Below are positions 37,963 to 51,000 of a stretch of DNA of 64,000 bases, in pieces. Both the position numbers and the translations under genes were made by a program. The notes beneath the pieces are model-generated. The model ran no database searches. It was not told the DNA's origin and saw only the letters and a list, made by a program, of their open reading frames with translations. Within the stretch, counting starts at the first letter, position 1; each line of letters opens with the position of its first letter. The DNA is from Antedon mediterranea (Eukaryota > Animalia > Echinodermata): assembly GCF_964355755.1 (NCBI RefSeq), contig NC_092670.1:18400795-18464794 (forward strand). The letters run 5' to 3'.

Positions 37963-40670
37963 ATGAGGATGAAGTGTTTACTTGCTGTATTTTTGCTAGG
38001 CCTTGTTGGTGCATACACCCCACCCGAATGTTGTCCGGCAAGGTGGGGTGATATCGGTGGTAAGTAAACTATATTAAAACATATATAAAATAATGTAGCT
38101 TTATTCTTAACCTTAATTTTCAGTTGAATTTAAACCCTTTTTAATAAACATATCTTAATTATTAATTAAAGATCAAGTGTAAATATTTTTAAAGTTTAAA
38201 GTTTATGATATTATGTAAAGTTGTAAAGTAAATTATACAGTAGGTTTTGGGCATGTGACTTACTGATGCTTGCTCATTACAAACTGTAGACCATTATAAT
38301 TTATCAACAGGTTAGGAAGTTAGGCCATTTATAAATAAATTCGTTTTTATTAGGCTTAATTTGTGGCGTATCGTAATTAATTGCCCTTTGTTAGGTTAAA
38401 GTAGTGTAGGCCTAAACAAACTATTTTGAGAGTTTTCTTATGTTGTAACGTGTACTGTATCTTGTAGAAAAGATAAGAATTTGTAACTTGTCATTTGTCA
38501 TCAATGTAATTAGTTGGATGAGTCATTGGGCTCAAGATTATCGTCATACCATATTTGGAATATAAGTCCAAAATTCTATGAATAATATTTGAGATTAGTA
38601 AAAATTTACAAAACAACGACTTTTATATACATAAATATTAAATATGATCTTATGATGATGATGATGCTATAATATTTGACAAAAAAAAATTGACATGATG
38701 ATAAAGGTCAAATGAAAAGGTCAAACAAACGGGGAAAAAGTCCATCTTAACCGCAATTGGCTAAAAACTTTGTAAAACGTCATTAAATTTTTCAGTAATA
38801 ATTAATATCGCACCCACTTCTTTCCTGGATATATACTGTCGTCCCTGATTCACTAATTACTTAATGTTTTTTCTTAATTACATTTAGCATTGTTTCCTCT
38901 GCCGAGAGATTGTCTCGATATCCGCGACTGGGGAGGACAACGAACAGGGGTGTACGTGATTTACCCCCAGTCCATTGAAAACTGTCGACCCGTCCGTGTA
39001 TGGTGTGACCAGTCACAGAACAACGGGGGTTGGACGGTAAGTTTAAAAAGTATTTACGGGGCGCCGTTAGAAACATTGTTTATTATTTTGACAAACAAAC
39101 TCGCTCAGTGGATAAGAGTTTATGTCATTGTAATATTAATCAAAATCATAGTATCTTTATTTGTCCATTAAAAAGAAATTAGTTTTGAAAAACTGGCATG
39201 TCGTCATAATAATAGCACAGTAAAAATACACAGAGAATTGCATCAAGACAGAAAAGCACTATAACAACACAAAAACAACACAATTCAAATAATAATGTCG
39301 TTAAAAGATTAAAAATTACTTATTATAATTAAATTATAATTATTCAATATTGCACATTATGGTAATTGAAATAATAATAATTATATTTTTACAAGGGTAC
39401 ACTCAACTTAAAACATCAAACATATACTCTCCTATTTATCTTTTAACTCTAGAGTTATAAATGTCGTGTGATATTTTATTTGATTGAAGACTCTTATACC
39501 TTTCGCATAAATCGTTTTTTAAAAGAATTGATGCGCAAAAAAATATTTTAAAACTTTTTATGCTAATGAGTATAAACTCTTATTCGTTTTATTTCAAATT
39601 TTCAGGTTATTCAAAGACGTGTTGATGGTTCAGTAGATTTCCTTCGAAATTGGGATTCCTACCGAACAGGCTTTGGTAGCGTTGCTGGAGAACATTGGAT
39701 AGGTCTTGAAAATATGCATCATCTTACCATCCAGGGCAGGTACACAACCGCCGATAATAATAATTATTATTTACGGGTTGTATGGGTGGGTTGAAATTGG
39801 GGAGGAGAAGATGATGAGGGCGGGAGGGGGGAAGAGGAAGGAGTGGGTCTGTTATTATTTGGGGCTCGAGAGGGAACAATGATCCCATCAAGATGCGCAA
39901 GAAGCAAGAAAGTTATGCCTTAATTATAAGTGTTTAGGTTTGAAAAGTGATATATGGTTCTTTAGTTATGGTTACATATTTCCCAATTGAACCTTGGCGG
40001 TAAACCATAAAAGGGGAAGAAAGAAAATGAACCTCCTCGTAACTCTCCAATTTCTAGGTTTATGAAGATGAGCAATTCTTGAGCATTTCTATTTTTTCCT
40101 CAGATATGAAATACGTATAGAAATTGAAGATTTCAATGGCCAAGGCAGGACGGCAGACTACAGACTTTTCCGTGTTGGAAATGAATTGAGCAACTATACC
40201 CTGCAGGTAACCGGCTTTCAGGGTGGGGGAGCAGGTAAGTTTACCCATTTTCCCGCATTCTACCGTTTATTACCGGCCTACGGTGATTGTGTCATTATTC
40301 CTGTATAATAACTCGTTATCTAGTCGTTTTCACACAGCTAATGGACTGAGTATTCTGCCGTTTATTGTAGGCCTAGTGATTTTGTCATATCTGTATAATA
40401 ACCTGTCGTTTTCACACAGGTAATGGACTTAGTATTCACAATGGTATGCCATTTTCGACGATCGATCGAGACAACGATCCTTGGGCCAGAAATTGTGCTC
40501 AGGAGTACACCGGGGCCTGGTGGTATAAGGCGTGCTTCACCGCCAACCTGAATGGTCAGTATCTGAGAGGAAGTACCACGATGTATGGGAAGGGGATCGT
40601 GTGGAGCCCGTGGAGGGGGTATAACTACTCGTTCAGGAGGGTGGAGATGAAGATTCGTAGAAATAATTAA
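37963..40670 (+). CDS. Secreted FReD protein C, 253 aa; exons 37963-38059, 38888-39036, 39606-39739, 40104-40234, 40420-40670
   Basis: Signal peptide [17 protein letters not shown], then [51 protein letters not shown]. 762 nt in frame with GT-AG introns. Confidence 0.92.
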
Positions 40671-41507
40671 ATTTAAATTAGTTTTATTTTTAAAACATAG
40701 GAGTAATATTTAATATTGATTATTATAATATTAACTGTATCAATGTATTTAATTCCGTTATTTCGTCACCGTCATGATGTCATAATCATTGTCATCATCG
40801 TGTTTGTTACATCATCATCAATCTATTTTTAGCAAAGGTTATATCCCAGATTATAATAATATACTATACGTGTGTCAAATATGAACTTTTCCCAAATAAT
40901 AATTTGAGAATCGAACGTTTTTTGTTTTGTTACAACGTAACGTTAACGTTATTGTATTTGCATCATAACTAAAAAAACAGATATTCAGTACTGCAGATAG
41001 GCTATTGTGTGATGTATCTGCTAATTATCAATGTATTTGCTGCACTGTTATTAAACAATAGATGTGTAAAAGGAAAAAAGTTGTAGTGATCTCATTTATT
41101 CTTTGATCTAAAATCTTGTTTTGTTTCAGAAAAGTTTGTAAATGCAAACGTTTTTCGAATGTGACGAAGTTTCGCGTTAGGTCTACCGAAACACGTTGGC
41201 ATTTCGCCGCGAAACGCGTTCGTGACAAATTTGTTATTATTTCGGATTCCATGATGATTCCTTGTTTTATTGTATGATTAAACAAATTAAAATAAAGCAT
41301 ATTTTGAAACAATATTGAAATACGTCACAAAGCAGTATATAGTTTTTAGTTAACTTTGTGTCACGTGAAGGTGGAATGTAACGCGTACAAGTGTCTCGCT
41401 GTATTATGATGCAAATTATTACTGTAGCATTATTATGCAAATCGTGGAGTTGTGGTTTGGTTTAGAAAGGACAATGAGAGGGAGTAGGGAGCTGGACGTA
41501 AAACTAA

Positions 41508-42331
41508 AGCCCCTTTCTCACAGAGCTGAAATATGGAATATACCATTACCATGCCGGTATGGTTTTCTGTGAGAACGGGTCGTCTTGGCATCATGCCGGC
41601 CGGCACCATGCCGGCATCGACATGACCTGCTTTAGACCTAGTAATTTTCTAGGGATATTCCCCGCATAATGCCAGACGGGCATTCTGTGAGAACGTAACG
41701 CCGTTATATTCCGGGGTTCCCTGTCGAGGCTTCAGACACCTTGCGCGGTCAAGTGTATCACTTTGGCGCCGATTCAATTCAATTGACAATAATAATGTCG
41801 AACTGGAGGGATAATGAGATAAGAGAGCTGCTTAAAATAAGGGGACAAGAAGAAATTTGTAGCATAATCTATAGCAGGCCTAGCCTAGCCTACTAGGCCA
41901 TATAGCTCTTTGTTGGTGCCTAACTAGCCTGACCCTTCGTCGCCTTGTAAATTGTACAGCCTTCTAAGGTGTTTTACAGATTGCCGATTGACGGCTAATT
42001 AATTGCTGTACCTGTATAATATATGCACAATACTGTACATAGCATGTATTGCATAAATATGCTATAAAGGAAGATAATAATCTGTAACCTAACATTCGCC
42101 GCCATATATCCCTAGACAAAAATAATAACAATAAAGGACGCCCTCAATAATTATTTTGTCAGAGACTTTTTATTGGCCGAATATGCCCGACTCCTTTCTC
42201 ACAGAAAGCCGGTATACCGGTTATATTTCCGGCACGATAGTCCGATGAGAATGGGTATATGCCGGTAACGATACCGGCACGACGCCAGCACTGTACCGGT
42301 ATATTGCAGACACATCTGTGAGAAAGGGGCT
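41508..42331. mobile_element. Non-autonomous PIF/Harbinger element with a Myb/SANT-like ORF remnant
   Basis: Perfect TIR AGCCCCTTTCTCACAGA...TCTGTGAGAAAGGGGCT flanked by TAA/TTA. Internal CTGTGAGAA and ATGCCGG repeats; MSNWRDNEIRELLKIRGQEEI at 41795. Confidence 0.8.
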
Positions 42332-43610
42332 TTAAGAGATAGCAGCCCAATGTTTTTCTCAGAGGAGGAAACAGATGAGGCTTAGGCGCAGGCAAATACT
42401 TTATACATATGCCAGGAGAGAAGGCAAGCTACTCTCAATGTGATTTTAGTAATTAAACGGCCAAGAACTCATTGTGATTGTGGCTGTAACTGAGTGGACA
42501 TTGATAAACTAATTATAAACACATGGGAGAACGTTCCGTAATTATGAATCTTTATAAGCTTTGACTATATGTTGAATTAAAAACCACGAATGGCAATTAT
42601 GCTTTGTGATATGTTTTAGAGTAGTCCTATATTATTATATTATAATTTAGTGTGACAGTTTGCAATTTTACACTAGAGTGCTGGCAGTGTGACAATTTTG
42701 GGCAACGATGAAGTTTTTGTAAACGTGTATGTCGCCCTCTATAGTCCCATATTGTAAACCATTGTTCTTTATAATATCCTTCAGTGGATTTCAAAAGGTT
42801 ACATACAAATGTATTATGTAACGCTAGACCTGCTCCCAGTCTTTTGACAATAATATTTAGTGTCATCGTTTTTGTGGCATTTCCAGCTCAAAAAGTGTAC
42901 ATATGAAATGCCATGTTTGCAAAAATATTTATCTATTTACCAATAATAAGTCGAAATGGTGTCCAGAACCTAGACTAATGCAAAACCTCCCGTTTCATAT
43001 TATTCTAACAGTCAACATGAGGCAATTAAAACAGGAACTTGGAGATATTAATTATTTACCTTTATTATATTGAGTCCAAAACCACACACTATTTTACGCT
43101 TGCAGAAAAATATTACATAACCAAAAACATTACAAAATCTATTCAATAATTTTTACCAATTAAAAAAATGTTTTAACCAAATATTTGAGGGCAAAAATCC
43201 TTTTGATTTTTAAGAAAAAAAAAGAAGAGATTAAAAAGTATGTTATCTGAAATATTAGTAGTATGAATCTGTATTCACTGATTAAAAATACCATCATTTT
43301 TATTTCAATTTTGGATTCTTAGGTTTGACAATGTTAGGCAGTTTTTTTTTATTGTGTATTCTGAATATGATACTGAACTGAAGCTGTACATGTTATTACA
43401 TGTAACTTTCATCACAAATAGAATAGAAATAGTAATGTCCTTTAGATTAGATTTAAATTATAATTGATAATTTAAAAAGTTCTGAACCTTTTAATTGATG
43501 AATAGAACATACATTGTACATATCATATTAATTTGAAAAATAAGCACCCAAGAAAAATTAGCAATACTGTACCAGAAAAGAGATACAGGTACATTGATAT
43601 TAAGCAATTA

Positions 43611-43748
43611 AAACTTGGTTCCCACTAAAACGCAACGTGTAACCGCAAGTAATTTGCCCAATCACAAGTGATGGATTATCCAAATTGTCACATTGTCATT
43701 GGTCAACTTGCTTGCGTTGTCGCTTACGTCAAAGTAGGACTAAGCTTA
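43611..43748. mobile_element. Copy of the ~140-bp palindromic MITE
   Basis: AACTTGGTTCCCACTAAAACGCAACG...ATTGGTCAACTTGCTTGCGTTG...CTAAGCTT. Confidence 0.65.
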
Positions 43749-45139
43749 AGCAAGCAATCTAAGCAAAGCTCATTATATATTACTATAAATAATTATTAGA
43801 ATAAAAATACTGTATATGTATATTGCTAGTCTACGACTAAATAGCATGACTTCTGCTAGTTGAGGTAATAAGAATTTACTGTTAACATGAACGGTAGTGA
43901 TGATAGATTATATAACTTTTTGACAATTTAATTATCATATTATTATTATACAATATAACATTAACCACACACACTATCTTTTACCAATAATGTATAGAGA
44001 ATCTGTAACCACAAGTATAAATTGATATCATATTCTACCACCTTATTAAATTATACACGTTGATATAAAGTTTACGGTACACCACGCATGTAGGAAAAGA
44101 ATTGTTGAGTTTCTTGACATTCTAATCAATATATACAGTACTTGCATCATCCTCAGGAGTGAGGAGCGTGTATAATACTCTACACTCTCAATCCTGAGGA
44201 CAAACAAAGCATATTGCAGGGCTATAGCCACCAGTACAGTTGGTAAGCTTTCAACCTGACCACAACCAGTTCCCTTTTATGGTGGCTACATCACTGAATT
44301 GATTGAAAGTCTGAGAAATTCAACTTTCCAGAACTACATACATGGTGTACCGCAAATATATATAATCAAACATATTGATTTTCAGCAAGCAAAACCTTTA
44401 AAAAATTATTTCTACATATTGTATGAGTTGTTTTATCATTTTTATAACATCAATAACGCAACATCAAGGTACTACACTTTTTAAGTATTCTGAGGTTTTC
44501 AAAGCACGAGACACTTTCAATCCAATATACCAATATGCATCAGTAGGCTGGCCCTTAGGGGCGATATATCCACCTTTTTATACTTTTATATTATCATAAT
44601 TATCAAACGCAACATTAGACGAAACATAGTGGATAATGTACAGTATATTCCATTATACACAGTGCTTGTTTCTTTTATGATACTGTATTATATTATAAGA
44701 ATTGTTTGGTGTTGTAACTTAACCCAATCTATCCAGATTTCAATTTCAACCCCATTCGAAGTCCACAATAACACCATCCAAGATGTTTCCCATCTCTTAA
44801 TTCCCCATTCAGGTTTTCAAAATCTGTGGCAAGTTATAATACATTTATAACGTGTTTAAAGAACTTCATTTTGATACAAACAACATATTATTGTGACAGA
44901 CTGGATCACATAAATCAACATGCAAATATTAATACAGTATATATAATATTTTATTACATAAACACTAACCTTAACCAAGAAGCATGAGCTTAAAATAGAA
45001 TGACTTCAGTTTACCTTGTGGCCCTTATACCTACCCTATGGTTGGGTTATTATTTCAAGACCTGTATTAATTAACTTATGTGTGTAATTATGCAAATGAG
45101 GGATTTTATATCACCATAAGCCAATTTGCGAATACTATT

Positions 45140-46194
45140 TTAATAGAATCGGTTGAACTCAACACCGTTCCCCTTGTTGCTCATTTGACATTTTCGGAGA
45201 ACGAAGACGGTGAGAACAATCGTAACGATCATGACAAGCAGAGGCCAGAACAGGATGTTGAATGCGTCCAACGTACTGTACTCTTTCTCGGTGATCGTCT
45301 TGTCGACGTGAGATGGGTCATAGTAGCATGTGTAAACCGAGCCAACATCGTGACTGCTGGCAAAACTCTGGACTTCTCCGTTTTTTTTTATTATTATGGT
45401 TGCTCCTGGGATGTCATATTCATTTGAGCGATCGTACGAATCGCATGCTGGGTAGGAACACTGGGGAAAAAAAAAATCAATACTGTAGAAATTACATGTC
45501 CGTGTCAAATCCAATTTAGTAGGTTAGAGAAGACACCTTATAGTTTAAAGTCTGTTATTATTCCTTACTATTCAATTCAGATCAACTTTTAGAAAATCGG
45601 TACTTAATATATTCAAATTATAATATTGTCATTGATCATCTAATTATTAATATTATGTAATTATAATATTGCTTATATAACTAGATTGTTACTAACTGAG
45701 CATACTGTTGTAAATTAACTTTTTTGTTTATATATTGATTGACTCAAGCACACATTCATTGTTGCTTACAAAAATTACTTAATTGATTTAATTATTCAGG
45801 TCAAGGATCAAAGGTCAGTACCCACCTTTGGGTCACTGTCCAAGCCAGAATAGGTGCGATAGACTTGAGCAGTATGCTTCATGTCTTTTTCATCAGTGTA
45901 AACTGCCTGTATGTTGAGACAGGGGAAATTCCCTTCTGTGCAAATCTCTTTGTCATCATACTCGGTATGACAGTTGCATTTTAGGTTCTCCAGGCCCCAT
46001 GAGACGGATGTGGTGTTACATTTCGCTTCGTTGTATTGCTTCTCGTGGTTGTACGGGGCTACGATGGCAAATACACCAAAGATGAACACCACCATGGCAA
46101 TGGTGAACACCATTGTTGATGTGAAGATACAGCAGACCTTTTTGCATGATGACCGTCTGGTCTGGTGCACTACTATTACTTGTTGTGTTCCCAT
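45140..46194 (-). CDS. Two-TM KCNMB/TipE-family protein (calcium-activated K+ channel beta-subunit-like), 229 aa; exons 46194-45826, 45460-45140
   Basis: TM1 followed by PY, Cys-rich loop with FPCL, PK|CSYP, CYYDP, then LFWP-TM2, which is the BK-beta family signature. Phase-0 intron GTGGGT...CCCCAG. An acceptor at ~46199 just upstream of the ATG implies a 5' UTR exon. Confidence 0.85.
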
Positions 46195-48044
46195 CTTGCT
46201 GAAGGAATATGAATAAATTTATAAACAAATATCATTTTGACAATAAATTAATATCATTAGCGTATCATTAAGATTAAGTATGCTATGCATCCCCTATAAT
46301 AAATATACCTCCATGCCATCATAGAGCCTGTAATGTACATCATTCAAAACATCACATACGGTGTTACCAGCGGCCTTCATCTCTCGGCAAAACACCGGTC
46401 GTCCGTGTCAGCTAGAAAACCTCTACACAACATACATAACACGCCTACCCTATGCCGCCTAGACGGATAGCCTAGCTAGCTACTCAACAACAACACTGGG
46501 ACTGACAACTGCATTCGTACAACGCCACCCACAACTAGCCCTACACAGATTGTATATTTACTACATAGGCTATGCTAATAACTAATTAAGCCATAAATCA
46601 TTAAAATGTTTCCAATTATGCAACTAAATACCCTTTATTTATGTATTTTTCTTCAATGCCAAACTCAATTTCTTCCGTGTTATTTCGTTGCGTTTTCGTC
46701 ACACACAAATTTGCTAAGTTCGGTGTGAAGAAGATTGGTTGGTTGGCTCCATCATATGACCAACTACGTCATAATTTTAACTTCCGCTCTGTCTCTGCCT
46801 GATGTTGTATGTTGTGCAAGTTGTTGGTGAAGGTGGTGGCACATGGTACCACGGAGCTAATTTTAGCTCGCGGATTTCAATTTTGTGCTTTTTTTTCAAT
46901 TGTACAAACATAAACAAGTGTTCGTCCCCAAAAATAAAAAATTCGACAAGATCTTTGGGTTCTTAAATTATAAGTATTTAGACTTTAGGGGATATAAATC
47001 ATATTAATTGAGCATTTAAAGCAGTGTTGACGACTATACAGCGCAAATAACCCTTAAAAAAAAATTGCTAACAACTTTTCTATATAAAATTATAACGCGT
47101 CTATTCAGAGAGATGTGAGACCATCACTGACGCCTGTGGGGGAAGCAATTTCATATTTTGCACCAGAAACCTTTTCTCTCCAGAAACTATCAGCATGCAA
47201 ACTATGAGACTACGTCACAGTACTTGACTTAGTTTGAGCATGGACTATTTATATTTAGTCTATGGTTTGAGAGTAAATGTCTCACTCACTCTCGCGTCCG
47301 TATCTGGTTCCCACAAAAGACGACATCTCTAGTGGGAACTTCTTTAAAAGTAGTCAAACATGTGTAAATTGTGTATTGAAGAAATACGATCATGCCGATC
47401 GCCACCGGCTTATATGTGCTGATGTACTAGGAGAATAATTAATAAAATGGATAGGATATGGGCGTCAGAATTAACCCGTTGCGGCTCTGGAACAGCATTT
47501 AAAACACTTTCACCTACATTTTCTTTATATGTAGAAAGCGAGAAGACGTACGTGCTGGTAGTTTAGGTAGGTGTTCTTTCTTTTGGGTGACTGCCACTCT
47601 ACATGTGTGACTACCCAGTACCCGCACTTTTTTCCATGATTCAATTGCCTAATGTTCCTCATGTGGCGGACACACAGTCAGACTGCTGCCTAACGTCTGT
47701 ACTTGACTGACAACGTTTCTCATTTTTGTAATATCGCCCTCTATTGGTGAAACTTTTTGTCGAAAAACAATATTGAACTCCAACGATAACGGAAGAACTT
47801 GTGTGATCATATTTCATCTGAACATTAAAAACATCAGACCAGGACAGGTTGGATAAGTAGTCAAGTCTACTGTTCTTTTGAAGCACAAATTTCTAGTTTA
47901 TTTTATACTTTATGTACATCGAAACTGTTTATAATTGGAGTTAAGTACGATACTTAAGGAAATATTCTGTAATTTATCACAAGAAGTAGAAACTTACTTA
48001 GCCGACTAGCGGAAGCGGACCACCAGGACTAGTGGTGGGGCACA

Positions 48045-51000
48045 ATGACTGGAGTACAGGCCGAAGTGAGGGTGGTTAGTGTGAGACTCCACAAGCCTGC
48101 CATTCGAAGGTACTTCCGTATGTTAATATGCTGTCAAACGTTATTGTTTATGTTAGCTATAGGCTGCATAATGTCTCTGTGCTTCTGTGGACTTTTCATT
48201 GTGAAGCCTTACATAAAAACACACGTTTTTGAGGAGACGACTTGTACTACAAAAAGTCTTCACTGGGTAGATAAATATGATAAATGCTGCACCAATAATG
48301 TCTGTGAAGAACCAGGTGATGGAGTAGATGGATTTCCTTGTCTTTTGCTCCGGGCAAGAGTTGTGGAACACGGTGCCAACCATTCGGCTATGGTTTTCAA
48401 AGATGATGATACTTGGAATATGACACCAAAAGTAAGTTACATTTCATACTTTGTAACTTTATTAATCTTTATTTAACCTTGGTTCCCAGTTGAAAGCAAT
48501 ATATTAATGATAAATTGACGAGACGATATCGATCATCTGGAAGGTAACGGGATGATTCGGCCCTGAGACAATTCGGCCCGGTACGTTTCGGCCCTGGGAC
48601 GATTCAGCCCGAGACTATTCGGCCCTGAGACGATTCGGCACACTTAATGTCGTTTTTGACTTATACAACTCACTTGCGTTGTGCTGAGTCCAAGTTGGAT
48701 TCCAACCTTAAGTTTAATGTATTTTTGATAAAGAAACAAAAATTAGATCAAAAAAATATAACTTGTATAACAGTTGATTTTTTTTATTACAGTATGCAAT
48801 ATATTATGTAACATCACCAATTTTTTTTTTTGTATTTAAATGATGCTACAGTATGTTTACAATTAGCTTACCTTCAGATCGCATTTTACTAACTCACTGC
48901 GCTATGCTATCTGTATCAACAAGATTTAAACATTTTTTTATAAACTATTACATAAAAAAAAAAAAAATCAGTGACTGACGCATCATTTGAGATTGGCCTA
49001 ATTTAGAATGCTTTTTATCAAAATGCATCTTCCTGACTGGGCGTTGATAAAGAAGTCGGGAGGCACTAAAAGATCATTAATTAAAGAAGTTATCATGTTT
49101 TCTTCCACATCTTGAATCCATGGGGAATTGCTAACTCACTCAGAATATGTTTACCCAGGATGTATACTGACATATCCCGGAAGAAATTTACGGATATGGA
49201 AGTTGATAAAATCAGTTTGATTTGATAACAACATTTCTGTTAAATTACTTTTTCCTTATTTTACAATGAGAAGTTAAGATGAGCGAATGGTATTTACAAT
49301 AAAACTTCAGCGAGCCTATTAGCCGGTTAGTGTAGGTCATCATTCCAACATGTAATTCATTTAATAAGAAATAGCCATCTTAAATCTTCAAACTGTTGTG
49401 TTTTAAATTTTGTCAACAAGTTTAATCACTCCAATTCTGTGCACCTTCCATTTACTTTCAACTACCCCCAGAGGCAGATCCAGGATTTAAACCGGGTAGC
49501 ACCATATTAGTCTTTCAAAAATAGATATCTAAAAGTCCCTCTTACTAATTTTTAGCACTTTAACTGTCAAAAGAAGGAGTGAGCATACATAGCCCTACTC
49601 CCCCTGTCAATAAATTTTATATAGGGTTTTTAAGGAAATTAAATAAGTTTTATAAAATAAATTCAAAACTGTAGACTTCTCTGCAGTTAACAGAAGCTTC
49701 CTTTAAAAAAAAATCCCTATTGTGGTTTTGAAAGAAATTGTTTAAAATTTTATTTTTTTACTGGTAGGCTTATTGAGGCCATTGTATCCTGTTCAACTCT
49801 CACATAAAATGAAAATTTTTAAAATATAAAAATAAATAAAACTAGAATTTAATTCGTCACTTTGACGAATTATAGGTGATCATTTTTATCATTTTAATCA
49901 AATTAACATTTTTTAAACATGCATGTACGTTAACATACGATCGTTAAAAGTTGATGTACGCCATTCTATGACATGATGCATATACACTTATAGTGCTGAG
50001 TTCTACCTATTATGTGTCATACAATATGTACAGTATATACTGTATATCTATATACAATTCAATTCAATTCAATAATACATTTATTTAAGATGGTCACAAT
50101 ATATAACAAACAATATTACAATAAACAATCATAAACAATTAATATAAGACCATCTTAGGGATCAAAATTAGAAGTAGAACTTGTCTCACATTGACCCCTA
50201 AAATAATAATAATAATTCAAACAAAAATAAGAACGGTACCGTATAAATATACAAATACAACGCATACAATTAAATAAATTATACAGTGCGCAACATATTT
50301 AGTAGGTTTGGTAACAAGATAAATAAAGGATTTTTATATGCTTTCTAAATGAATTTACAGTATATAAATGATTGATGGCAGTTGAATCTAGATTATTCCA
50401 ATACGTTGGTCCTAAATAAGTAATAAAAAACTGGCTTTTTCTAAGTTTAACAAATGGAACATACAATTTATGTGGATTTCTTATGTTATAGGTATGATCT
50501 AATAAACGATTTGAAAATAACATTGAAACAGACTTTGGTAGTAAACCAGTAACATATTCAAACATAAAAGAAGTAACTTGAAGTTTATGAAGGTCATATA
50601 TTTTTAAAATTTTAAGTTTTTTAAACAAAGGTTCTGATGCAGATGTAGATTGTTCAAAGTTTAATAATCGAACAACACGTTTTTGTAAAATGAAAATTCT
50701 TTGTAAATTTGATGGATAATCAGCTGCCCATATAATATTGCAATAAAGTAAATGTGGTAATATAAGCGAATTATACAAAGAAAGTAAAATGTGTTGAGGA
50801 AAAAAATATTTTATCTGGTTTATAACACCAATGCATTTAGTCATTTTGATTGAAATATTTTTCTGATGACCGGTCCAATTTAAGTTTTCATTAATTAAAA
50901 TTCCAAGAAATAAAGTTTCGCTTTTTCGGTCCAGATTTTTACCATTTAGAACAACCTGAATGTTTTTGTTACTTAATTTATGCCTGTTTCGATGGGAGTG

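Noticed and set aside
45080-46228. Opposite-strand or alternative-frame ORFs over the KCNMB-like exons (also 34994-35239, 35665-35865, 38861-39076, 48153-48383, 57143-57460, 59342-59650)
   Set aside because: Shadows of real exons or transposase sequence on the other strand or frame.
48543-48645. Regular short repeats resembling a CRISPR array
   Set aside because: Tandem 15-16-bp units without unique spacers, eukaryotic context and no cas genes.
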